This document shows, piece by piece, positions 53,560 to 64,000 of a stretch of DNA of 64,000 nt. The notes under the pieces were generated by a model that was given only the letters and a program-made list of their open reading frames with translations, was not told the DNA's origin and searched no databases. Position 1 is the first letter of the stretch. Each line of letters begins with the position of its first letter. The position numbers and the translations under genes are program-made. Where the stretch lies: the NCBI RefSeq assembly GCF_037042905.1, contig NC_087263.1, forward strand, positions 13,394,001 to 13,458,000, written 5' to 3'. The stretch comes from Lytechinus pictus. Taxonomy: Eukaryota.

Positions 53560-56500
53560 TATATCAACCCCTATAATCCCCTTATATATTGATATGATGA
53601 ACAGTTTTAAGGCAAAAATCACCCCAAGACGCTTTCTTCAAAATGGCCAACTGCGAATACTTTGAACGAAATTAGAGTTTTGGGAAATTATTTGAGCCCA
53701 ATAAAGTCTGATGTGATTTTTGTAGGTCTTATCTCGATGCCATGTAAAATGGAATAAGATGGTACTTATCATTAAGCATATTAATGTTCAGCACCCTCAA
53801 ATAAGGGAAAAGGAAATAAAATAAACATATTTTTATCAAAATTTGTTCTTTTCTGGGGCCATTTGCAACATTGATATGTATCATTATGTTCAAGCATTAC
53901 CAAAACAACATCAATTTTTATCATCCTAATGAAATCATGAATGACACATAATGTAATTTTTGTTCAAAATCAAAAGGGTAGGTCAAACCTTACGCATATT
54001 AAGTTAATTTTATTGTATTTTCCGCCTGTCCATTATCTTGTCAGCCATATTATTTTTTGGTAAATTAAATGTTATGTTATTGCCATGACAATGCCTTCAG
54101 ATGTTATTTATACATTTAACAACAAACTTGTATGTGTATGTTTCGCACCCTAAACTTAGTGGAAATGAATAAAAAATAAGATTCTACTGAGTATCTTTTT
54201 CATCAAAGATGGTATTTTCTGTCGAATAAAATGATCTGTTGCCATGGCAATAGAACACACATTTGCAAACATTGATATCATTAAATTCAAGCATTACCAA
54301 GGCAACATCGGTTTTTATCATGCTAATGAACTCATGCAGAACACTTACTGTAATTTTTGGTTAAAACTTTAATAATGACTGGTCAAACATTATGTAGATT
54401 AAGTACATTTTTATTTTACATTCCACCTGTCCACTATCATTTCAACCGTATTATGTCTTTGTTTTATGAATTATATCTTAATTGGTTGCCATGGAAATTG
54501 GTGAAGATGTTATCTATATATTAACAGCAAGCATATATTTGCTTAGCACCCTAAAATTGGGGGAATTGAAAGAAAAATCAGATTTTACAATGTTTTTGTT
54601 TATCAAAGCTGCTGATAGTTTTCTGGGGGAAATGAGCTGTTGCCATGGCAACGGGACATTTGAAACACTATTATTTATCATTAAATTCAAGTATTACCAA
54701 GGCTACATCAATTTATTATTCTAATGAACTCAAGCAGAATACTTAGTGATTTTTTTGTTAAAAATTAAATGACTGGCAAAACCTTTCGCACATTGAGTTA
54801 TTTGTAATTGTATTTTCCACCTGTCCATAATCTTATCATCCAAATATTATTATTTTTTGTAAATAAGATATTATTTGGTTGCCATGGCAATAGCTTCAGA
54901 TGTTATTTATACATTTTGTATTGTATATCTATGTTTAGCACACTAAGGTTTGGGGAAATGCAAGAAAAATAAGATTCTGCAGTCCTTTTTTTAATCAAAA
55001 GTGGTACAAAATGATCCGTTGCTATGGCAACAGGCCATTTGCAACATTAATACTTATCGTTGAATTCAAGTATTACCAAGGCAACATCAATATGTATTAT
55101 TCTAATTAGTTCATGTAGAACTCTCACTGTATTATTTCCCCTAAATCAATTGAGTAGGTCAAACCTTATGCATGTACATTAAGTTAATTTTCATTGTCTT
55201 TTCACCTATCCATTACCTTGTAATCCATGTTGTTGTTTTTTAATTAGATGTTATCTGGTTGCCATGGTAATGGCTTAAGATTTGATGTTTATAAATTTAG
55301 TCACAAACATATCTCGATTAGTACTTTAACATTATTGAAAATGGAAAGATGACCATACATGTACATTTATTCTACATTTTTATCAATATTTTAGACTTTC
55401 TACAGGGAAATTAGCTGTTGCCATGGCAACGGGTCCTTTGCAACATTTTTGTTTTCGTTTAATTCAAGCATTACCAAGGCAACATAATTTTTTATCTTTA
55501 TGAAAAACTCCTGAAGAACACTTTCTGTATTTTTTGTTCAAATTAGGGGGTCAAAACTTAAGCATACAGATTAAGTCAATTCCATTGAATTTTGCACCTG
55601 TCCATTGTCTTGTCAACCATGTTATTTTTGTAAATCAGATGTTATTTGGTTGCCATGGCAATGGCTTGAGATGTAAATTATACATTTAGCTACCAAAATA
55701 TCTTTGTTTAACACTGTAAAATTAGGGAAAATTTAAGATAAATCATATTCTACAACATTTTTTAAATCAAAATTTTTATTTTTCTTGGGAAAAACAAGCC
55801 GTTGCCATGGCAACGGACCAATTGGAACTATCTTGGTGATTTTGAATATTTCTAAATATCATATTTATTCAATTGGGAGCTTGAAAATTATCATTTTGGT
55901 CATCTATATCATGTTTATTTACCATTTACATGGAAATGTATGTCATTTTTGAGAAATTAATCCGTTGCCATGGCAACGGCCGAAAAGGGCATTTTAAAAT
56001 TTACCTCCCATCTTTAAAATAAATATTACGGCATATACTAATACTTGTGAAAGTTTCATGCTTTAGTCATAATTTGCACAATTGTTCGGCTAATCCGCTC
56101 TACTACAAGTTGATACGCTTTATCAAATTTCTATCAAGCAGTAACCACAAATTTATTTCACTGTGAATTAATAAGATTGATTTTCATATGACAGAACAGA
56201 AATTGAAGAAAAAAAATGTTACTCACAGAACCACAGTTGAATGAATATAATCATGTATTCCAGAATTTGATTGAATTTTGTTGGTAGATAAGAGATTTTA
56301 TGGCATATTGCCATTACAAACACACTATTGATGGTACCAGTACCTGTTTTATTTCTGAAGATAAATTGTAAGTAAAGCCACTAGATGACAGGTTCCAAAA
56401 TAAACTTTTCAATTTATTTGGTCATTGCTGATGCAGAGATGTTACTCAACCTGACCATTCATATTCCAGTCGTATTCCAATCCTTTTAATACACTTTTTA

Positions 56501-56584
56501 TAAAGATATGATGAAAAAAAATTGATGGACATGACAATACCCCGGTAAAATCTGTAGTAGATTGTGCCATTTATCTATCACAAC

Positions 56585-56820
56585 GGGTTATGTGGTCCAG
56601 TGGTAGAGCCTTGGACTCATAATCGCAAGGTTGTGAGTTCGAATCCCAACTCTGCCATTGTCTCCACTTTGATAAAAAGGCCCGAGAGTGATGTCTGTCG
56701 TCTATAATGTCAGCAACTATGACTGATTAACCTAGACGTAAAATGTTTACCAGTAAAATGCTGTCCTGCCGAGTTCCTGCGGGAGTTACCAGAAACAGAA
56801 ACCTCATAATGATAATAATT
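56585..56820 (+). mobile_element. SINE with tRNA-like head (CTCATAA loop), not a functional tRNA
   Basis: A box TGGTCCAGTGG and B box GAGTTCGAATCC are present. Acceptor and anticodon stems do not pair properly. Followed by a unique body and an AAT-rich tail. Confidence 0.55.
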
Positions 56821-56884
56821 ACCAGCACACTTGCTTATGTAGTGCTTAACACTTACTTTATCACAATAAGTGCTCTACAGTAAT

Positions 56885-57105
56885 GTAGCATAATTACCCT
56901 GGCTTTTATAGCTGAGCAGCTGTTATGTGCACTGTGTTTCAACAAGGAATAAATTCCTACCAGGTACTCATTCACCTCACCTGGGTTGAGTGCAGCACAA
57001 TGAGGGTAATTTTCTTGCTGAAGGAAAACATGTCATGGCTTGGAATCGAAGCCATGTCCCTCAGATTGAAAGACGAGAGTCATAACCACTAGACCACAAC
57101 GCCCC
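56885..57105 (-). mobile_element. tRNA-derived SINE (same family as 32531 and 34763)
   Basis: Reverse complement reads GGGGCGTTGTGGTCTAGTGGTTATGACTCTCGTC...TTCGATTCC...TTTTCCTTCAGCAAGAAA...TGCTGCACTCAACCCAGGTGAGGTGAATG. Confidence 0.85.
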
Positions 57106-57679
57106 AATATTTTTTTTAACATAGCTGAGATGAGTCCTGATAAAGATAGATTTGATCCAGGTTATAATAGGCCTACAAGTGACCTTGCCTATTACAGTCA
57201 AATCTTTTGGAACCGTAGAAATCTCTATGACTTGGGAGACATTTAACTTAAAAGAGGTACAAACACATTTTCATTTCATTTTATTTCCATATCCAAAACA
57301 CAAATATAATTCAAGTAACATAGCATGCATTGAAAAACAATGTAAAACATTCATATAAATTACTAGTTAACAATGAGTTTATATAACAGGTTAGGTATGG
57401 AGGGGACTGCTGAAAGCTGGGCTCGAAGATTGCAGTTGCACATTTCATAGCTTTGATTTCAAAATGTTCTATATAATGTCGGGGGCGTTTCTCACAAATT
57501 AGAGTGTGGCTGAAAAATTGCACTTAATTCCCAGTTGCATGCTGGGCGTATAACGCATCACCACATTGGTCAGATCATGCTTGGAGGAAGTGCACTACAG
57601 CATATTCCACCAATGAGGTTGCTTGTTAGATTAAGCATGCCTCTATGTCACACTTAAATATTTGTACAACAATCACCAG

Positions 57680-57886
57680 GGGGGTGTTTCACAAAGATTT
57701 AAGTCGCACTTAAATGCTGACGCATACGTGACATGCAACGCGCGATCTTATTGATAGATACGGAGTAGTGTGCGTCCTCATGACGCGATCTGACCGATGT
57801 GGTCAAGCCTTTCATACCGTACACAACTCGGTATTTAAGTGCGACTCTAATTCATTCTTAAATCTTTGTGAAACATCCCCCCCCCC
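57680..57886. mobile_element. Small MITE with GGG..TGTTTCACAAAG TIRs (PIF/Harbinger-like)
   Basis: CAG|GGGGGTGTTTCACAAAGATTTAAG ... CTTAAATCTTTGTGAAACATCCCC|CTG. Confidence 0.65.
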
Positions 57887-58537
57887 CTGGTCTAAAAAGA
57901 TGCCTCAATTCGGGCATATAATTTAATTCTGGAACACCGACTTCCACTAGACCAGTTTCTAGTAAATTATTTGAGAAATGGATAAGTATTTGTCTAATGA
58001 AATTTCTGAATCAATTTGATTTATTATATATGTACCCCAATGTGTTTTCATCAAACAAAAAAAAAAACCTGTTATGGTAACTACCACAGAAACTCTGCAG
58101 CACATCTTTTTGCTGGTATAAAGCCAAGTTGGTACATCACCAATTACATGGTAAACTGTTTACTTCTAAGTTAATCAGGCATACTGGCTGACCTGATAGA
58201 TGACAGAAATTACTCTCTGGTCTTTTTATGAAAGTTAAGGCAAATGGCAGAGCATGATTCTGACCATGAGTCCATTGCTCTAACCACTAGACCACATGAC
58301 CTTGATAATTCTTTGTTTTTGCCTTAACCCAAGTATTTCACAGCTCAGTCATCACGTGACAGAGGGTAAGTCGATTAAAAAATGTTTTTTCTTGATATTC
58401 CTATGTCTTATTAAAATGTAACATTATGTACTATTCTCCCTCTCTGGGTATTTCATGAAGCTGTTCGTAAGTTGCGAATGCCTTTATTCCTGACTTGTGA
58501 CCCTTTGATTTCTATTTCTGATTTCTATTTCAACCAA

Positions 58538-58857
58538 TTTTACGCCCGCCAGGCTATGGGATGGGATGTATTATGGTTCACGCTCGGTGTCTGTCCGTCC
58601 GTCCATTAATTTTTCTTTGTAAACGCGATATTTCAGTTTAACTCAACCCAGGCTCATATAATTTGGTGTGCATGATAGGAGCATGGATCCCAGGAAGCCT
58701 TAAGATTTTGAGGTCAAAAGGTGAAAGGTCAAGTTCACAGTGACATGATTTCATCTTACCCTTCTGAAGTCCTTGTAAACATGATAACTTTAGTTTAACT
58801 TAACCTAGGCTCATATAATTTGGTGTGTATGATACTAGCATGGATCCGAGGAAATTT
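58538..58857 (+). mobile_element. Truncated HINE-like element
   Basis: TTTTACGCCCGCC start, (GTCC)n microsatellite, two copies of a ~165-bp internal repeat with AGGTCAAAAGGT. Cut by the element starting at 58859. Confidence 0.5.
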
Positions 58858-58858
58858 A

Positions 58859-59376
58859 TTGTCTCGCCCACCAGAGGTGAAGCGAGACTTAGGGATCCAA
58901 ATGTTGTCCGTCGTCCGTCCGTCACAAACCTTATGACACATAACTCCACAACCGTAAGTCGCTTTTCAACCAAACTTGGATGGTAGATGGACTTGGGGAA
59001 CCTGCATGTTATGCTGCAGTCGGAGGTCACATGGTAATGTCAAAGGTCATTTTCAGGTCAACGTTAAAGTTTACATGCAAGACTCTTATGACACCTAACT
59101 CCGCAACCGTAAGTCACTTTTCAACCAAACTTGGATGGTAAATGTACTTAGGCGACCTGCATGTTATGCTGCAGTCAGAGGTCAGATGGTAAGGTCAAGG
59201 GTCATTTTTAGGTCAACATTAAAGTTTACGTGCAAGGCTCTTATGACAAGTGTTATTCCATCCCAGTCATTTCACAATATGAAGTTTCGATACAATTCTG
59301 TTGCGTACCCTCGCAAGTCACGGTATTTCTGGTTATTTTCATAAGTGGGCGAGACACAAAATCGCTTTTGCCTTGT
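58859..59376 (+). mobile_element. HINE-like element, second family
   Basis: 5' TTGTCTCGCCCAC with nearby GCGAGAC, (CGTC)n, two ~155-bp internal repeats, 3' GTGGGCGAGAC plus hairpin CAAAATCGCTTTTG, ends CTTGT. Confidence 0.75.
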
Positions 59377-59749
59377 ATAGTTATAGCAGCTGTAAAATCA
59401 AACAGCTCCTTTAAACTGTACGATTATTGGTCCCTGGTCATCATCATGACAAAGTCACGAAAAATTCCCGATCAATTAATTGCATTCGAGTAGTTTCAAG
59501 AAAATGCGAGGTAAAGGTAGGTTCCTTTTGAATCTGAGAGCTTTAGGTCATACGTTTTTTAAAATACAAGGAAGCCTTAAAAACGTTGCACCTAGTGGAT
59601 GGAAAGGCATCCATGCATTGCATTTGACACTATCAACATTGCCCCCCCCCCACACGAGCGGTTTCAGAACACAGTCTTTGCTTTAAAACGTATCAGTCGG
59701 ACATCAATATAAGGACCCCTGTACATGTATACTTAAATACTACCACTAA

Positions 59750-61245
59750 GAATAATTGATTTAAATAAACAGATAAACAGTGGAAAGGCAAACCAGCATA
59801 AGTATGAAATTTTAATCAAAATCGGATTATTGTATTTGAAACTTTCACTGGATCTCAATCGTGATTGGTATGCAAATGAGGAAACCGATGACGTCAACCA
59901 CTCCCTATTTCTATAGTAATTTAAATAATTTTCATTTTTCCTCACTGATACGTGAAAAGTTTGATTCCTCCCTGAATATATGGCATTGCCATTGTTGTAA
60001 TCTACTGTGATCATTGTCAAATATGCAACAAAATATATACATATATATAATCCAAACAATTAAATTAAAAGAAATAGTGAGTGAGTGACATTCTCAACTC
60101 TCATTTGCATATCACTGGTGTGTTTATTGCCATGTGATGAGAAATTAACGAAATTCTAAAATATTATAGCATTATTTCAAATCTGATTTTTGTCTCACCT
60201 GCATAGCAGAGTGAGACTATAGGCGCCGCTTTTCCGACGGCGACGGCGGCGGCGGCGGCGGCGGCGACGGCGGCGTCAACACCAAATCTTAACCTGAGGT
60301 TAAGTTTTTGAAATGACAGCATAACTTAGAAAGTATATGGACCTAGTTTATGAAACTTGACCATAAGGTTAATCAAGTATTACTGAACATCCTGCCTGAG
60401 TTTCATGTCACATGACCAAGGTCAAAGGTCATTTAGGGTCAATGAACTTAGACCATGTTGGGGGAATCAACATCAAAATCTTAACCTAAGGTTAAGTTTT
60501 TGAAATGTCATCATAACTTAGAAAATATATGGACCTAGTTCATGAAACTTATACATAAGGTTAATCAAGTATCACTGAACATCCTGCTTGAGTTTCACAT
60601 CACATGACCAAGGTCAAAGGTCATTTAGGGTCAATGAACTTTGGCCGAATTGGGGGTATCTGTTGAATTACCATCATAACTTTGAAAGTTTATGGATCTG
60701 ATTCATGAAACTTGGACATAATAGTAATCAAGTATTACTGAACATCCTGTGCAAGTTTTAGGTCACATGATCAAGGTCAAAGGTCATTTAGGGTCAATGA
60801 ACTTTGGCCAAATTGGGGTATTTGTTGAATTACAGCCATAAATTTGAAAGTGTGTTGGTCTAGTTCATAAAACTTGGACATAATAGTAATCAAGTATCAC
60901 TGAACATCCTGTGCGAGTTTCAGGTCACATGATCAAGGTCACAGGTCATGTAAGGTCAAAGAACTTTGGCCACGTTGGGGGTATTTGTTGAATTGCCATC
61001 ATATCTCTATAAGTGTATTGGTCTAGTTCATAAAACGTGGAAATAAGAGTAACCAAGTATCACTGAACATCTTGTGCGAGTTATAGTAGTTTTCAAAATC
61101 AGCACTGCTGCTATATTGAATCGCGTGATGCAGGTGAGACGGCCAGAGGCATTCCACTTGTTATGAAAATGTAAGTGGTTATGCTTGTTTGATTTATATT
61201 CTTTCACACAGTTCAACTTTTGGTTAAGCTGGACTGGACTTTTAA
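59750..61245. mobile_element. Old degenerate Kolobok-like family A MITE split by the HINE at 60187-61162
   Basis: Family A strings TATGCAAATGAGG, AAAGAAATAGTGAGTGAGTGACAT and CTCATTTGCATAT lie left of the insertion. ATGAAAAT...GGACTGGACTTTTAA lies right of it. Confidence 0.6.
60187..61162 (+). mobile_element. HINE/DINE-1-like element, copy B (same family as 43352-44538)
   Basis: 5' GTCTCACCTGCAT, GTGAGAC, (GGC)n, tandem repeats with GTCACATGACCAAGGTCAAAGGTCA, 3' ATGCAGGTGAGAC plus GCCAGAGGC hairpin, ends CTTGTT. Confidence 0.8.
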
Positions 61246-61308
61246 ACAGCTCATTTATTTTAATATAATATGGTACAAATACGAAACCCATCTAAAAGTG
61301 TAACTTAC

Positions 61309-61460
61309 CTTTGGTGCTCAACAGCATACTTGGCAATTGCTGGACAAAACGCCTGGTAGACGACTACACTATGTTCGTCGAACTGAGCGAGAATATGCTT
61401 CCCAGCAATAGGCCAGCATATATTATTTTGTTCGCAGTATTTCTCCGTAGTCCACTCCAT
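61309..61460 (-). CDS. DUF4291-family protein, coding exon 1 (MEWTTEKYCEQNNICWPIAGKHILAQFDEHSVVVYQAFCPAIAKYAVEHQR)
   Basis: ATG at 61460 (context GAAATGG). The WP-x-x-G-x-HILAQFD...VVVYQAF segment matches the DUF4291 N-terminal VYQAY motif as I recall it. Ends at a canonical donor AG|GTAAGT (phase 2). An additional upstream exon cannot be excluded. Confidence 0.88.
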
Positions 61461-62025
61461 TTCTGTATTTATCTTCCGTGTACAAGCTGCTATGATGACT
61501 GTCACGATAGAGATAGCACCAGCTACATAGCTTCGAATATATATCTACTGCATCACTCCCAACTTCCCGTGTATCGTTGTATATAACGTTATATACAACG
61601 ATTTGTTTCAATGAATGGTGTAATCATTTTACCTCCGTGGTGCAATAGCCTATTCTATGCTATTGTCATTGATCGTCACAGAGAATACCTATATGCACAC
61701 ATACACGCATCGGAAGTCAATACGAGATCCCGCTGTATTGTCTGTAGTCTGCGGGCACAGACCCTGATTGAAACCTTTATCAACAAGAGGGTCTTTACTC
61801 TTCACACATGACTAGCACAATGAAAACTTTCTGTTTCAATATCAGGGAGCCTTGAGTACACAAGTCATTATAGGCTGCTCATGCAGACCCCTTTAAGTTT
61901 TGGCTTAACTATGGATAGCTAATTGTGAATTAAATTTATAACGATACAGGTTCAATTTATTTCCTCAAATTATACATGATTGTCAGGAAATATGACTGAA
62001 ATATTTCTATTTTCTACACCTTTAA

Positions 62026-62497
62026 AGGGGAAGTTCACCCTGGCGAAAAGTTTATAAAGGTTAAAAATATTTAGAAATATTGGTGAAAGTTTGAGTAAAA
62101 TCCGTTAAAATTTAAGAAGGTTATTAGAATGTCAAGTTTTTTATTTATGACGTCATATACGAGCAGCTGTCCCACATGCTATGTAATACAAAATACATGA
62201 ATTTCAATTTTTTAGTGGTTCAAGATGACAATTTTTTTTACTTTCAGGAACATACTAACTTAAATGTTACGATAAAAGTCTATTTTCAATTTTTGGAGAA
62301 AGCGATATTCCATTCATTTTTTTTAGTTCACGATACATGTCAATCTGCTCGCATGTGACGTCACATATAAAAATATAAAATCCTAATAACTTTTTGAATA
62401 TTTGATGGATTTTCCCCAAACCTTCACCAATATTCTTTATTATTTTTGTGTTGCTATTTTTTTTACAACAAACATTTGTCAGGGTGAGCTTTTCCCT
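62026..62497. mobile_element. TTAA-flanked MITE, Kolobok-like family C
   Basis: TTAA|AGGGGAAGTTCACCCTG ... CAGGGTGAGCTTTTCCCT|TTAA. Confidence 0.8.
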
Positions 62498-64000
62498 TTA
62501 AAGCACGATCAAAGAGCGAAGTTCACTTAAAAAAAAACTCAAATAAATGTAAACATACATTTGACATTTTGGGCTTCCCATAAGTTAAGCGCTGACTGAG
62601 ACAATGGTCTAAGTTAAACCAGTCTCCAGAATGCGAGCCAATATCATTTTAATATGTTTGATGCCATGTTTGTTCCACTAACACCATACGGCTGAATAAC
62701 TTACTTGCAAGACTAGAGGTACATAAATATATGTTTTTCATTATTTTGTTAAAATGGTTGAAGTGAATTGAGACTGATCAGTCATTGAGGAATTGCATTT
62801 TTTTCAAGTTTGCATTATAGCGAACAAAAGTAATAGCATTCGTGCCTTCAGATTTTTTCACCATCCATAACAAACATAAATTGACAGAATACAATGACAC
62901 GTGGTAGAAACCAAGCATTTAAAAATATGTCCCTTACGTAGGTAAGCAATTCGAATAAGTAAAACATGGCTCGAAAAAAAACATTCATAAAACTAAAACA
63001 AAAACTAAAATAAAGATATAGACGTAATTTGCATCTCAAAATAAAAATAAAACGTAATCATGCACCTCAATTATGAAGAGTACTTCAAAGAATTCGTTCC
63101 ATTATCCTTCCAATCGCATCTTATCTAATTTTGAGGGAAGCATACGCCTATCATGGAAAAAAAATCCACAACATGAGGTAAGGAGGAGATAATCAGATAT
63201 ATGTAAAATGGTCAAATCATTATTTCATTACAGTGTGTGTAAATCATTTTTGCCAATTTGAAGACCTCTATATAGAAAGTGTCGCAAGGTTTTTCAACTT
63301 CCATAACTCTCTTCTTTCAGAACCGATTTTGATTTAACTTGTTTCAAATTGGTCCTCTTATTATATTCTTCCCAATAAGATTGCCTCCCTCCTTGGGTTT
63401 GGGTTTCGTTTGATTACACTAGCAAGAAGATATTACATGGACTCGTACAGTGGCAGAACCAGGAGGGGGGGGGGGGCACATCCGGTCCGTGCCCTCCTTT
63501 TGAGAGCCCTAATCAAAATTTGTAATGTAAATATGCCGTTTTTACCCAAGTCTGCACCTCTTATGAAAGTGAAGACCTTTCTTTTATTTTTCTTTCTTCT
63601 TTTCTTTGCATTTTCATTGGGGGAAAATGTGTCCCCCAGGAAAATCCTGAATCTGCTCCTTGACTCGTGTACCAGTAAGTTGATGTTTGTGATCTTGACA
63701 TAATTTGAAGTACGATCTTTTCTCACTTTGGGGGCTATGCCATTGATCAGAGTTGATGGGTTCAATTGCTCCGAGTATCGAAGTGTACCAAGGACGACGA
63801 TTTGATATACAGTGAATATCAAAGAAAAACAAGTTTAACACTTTGATAAAGTCCTTAAAACTTTGCAATAAATTATGGGAATAATTATGTTCTTTGGCTT
63901 CTGTTTCTTCTATCAGTTGAGATTATGATGCAGTGGCGCAACGAGCAAAAAAAAAAAGAATAAATAAATAAATTTAAAGATATTAAGAAGGCTAGATATG

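Larger units (their letters stand above)
46330..56105. mobile_element. 9.8-kb non-autonomous foldback DNA transposon, Academ-like, with ~2-kb inverted arms
   Basis: Termini TAGTAGAGCGGAT / ATCCGCTCTACTA. 3-bp TSD CAA is shown by the uninterrupted neighbouring tandem units (GTCTGCCAAGTTGAT). Arms about 46330-48250 and 53800-56105 are made of ~385-bp subrepeats. No transposase ORF is seen. Superfamily assigned from TAG termini plus 3-bp TSD. Confidence 0.85.

Noticed and set aside
53191..53622. Repetitive ORFs (GKNGR, KMAEV, TSAIF, LPLPF repeats)
   Set aside because: Four frames are open simply because a stop-free 15-bp minisatellite underlies them, and it lies within nested repeats.
56585..56657. 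tRNA-Met gene (CAT anticodon loop)
   Set aside because: Acceptor and anticodon stems do not pair and there is no immediate poly-T terminator. It is better explained as a SINE head.

Overview
AT-rich, repeat-dense eukaryotic (animal) genomic DNA. The repeat repertoire (poly-G tracts, tRNA-derived SINEs, TTAA MITEs, Helentron-type elements) suggests an echinoderm, probably a sea urchin; this is inference. Almost all ORF-track entries are spurious. One real protein-coding gene can be assembled: a spliced, three-coding-exon minus-strand gene (61460-61309, 42626-42332, 40753-40574). Both introns are GT-AG and phase-consistent, and the gene encodes an intact 208-aa DUF4291-family protein, a family known mainly from bacteria and fungi. 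Its 18.7-kb first intron is a nest of mobile elements. The largest is a 9.8-kb non-autonomous foldback element (46330-56105) with TAG...CTA ends and a CAA target duplication (Academ-like), whose long arms carry about 20 regularly spaced RFX X-box palindromes. Further inverted-repeat elements with YY1-like motifs and a 15-bp minisatellite are nested inside it. A second Academ-like end at 1-982 carries periodic inverted octamer pairs. In the region 1-40 kb I could identify no gene. It holds MITEs, SINEs, LINE tails, a locally duplicated block, many AP-1 sites and a compact NF-kB/AP-1 motif cluster near 27.5 kb. All counts and alignments were made by eye.
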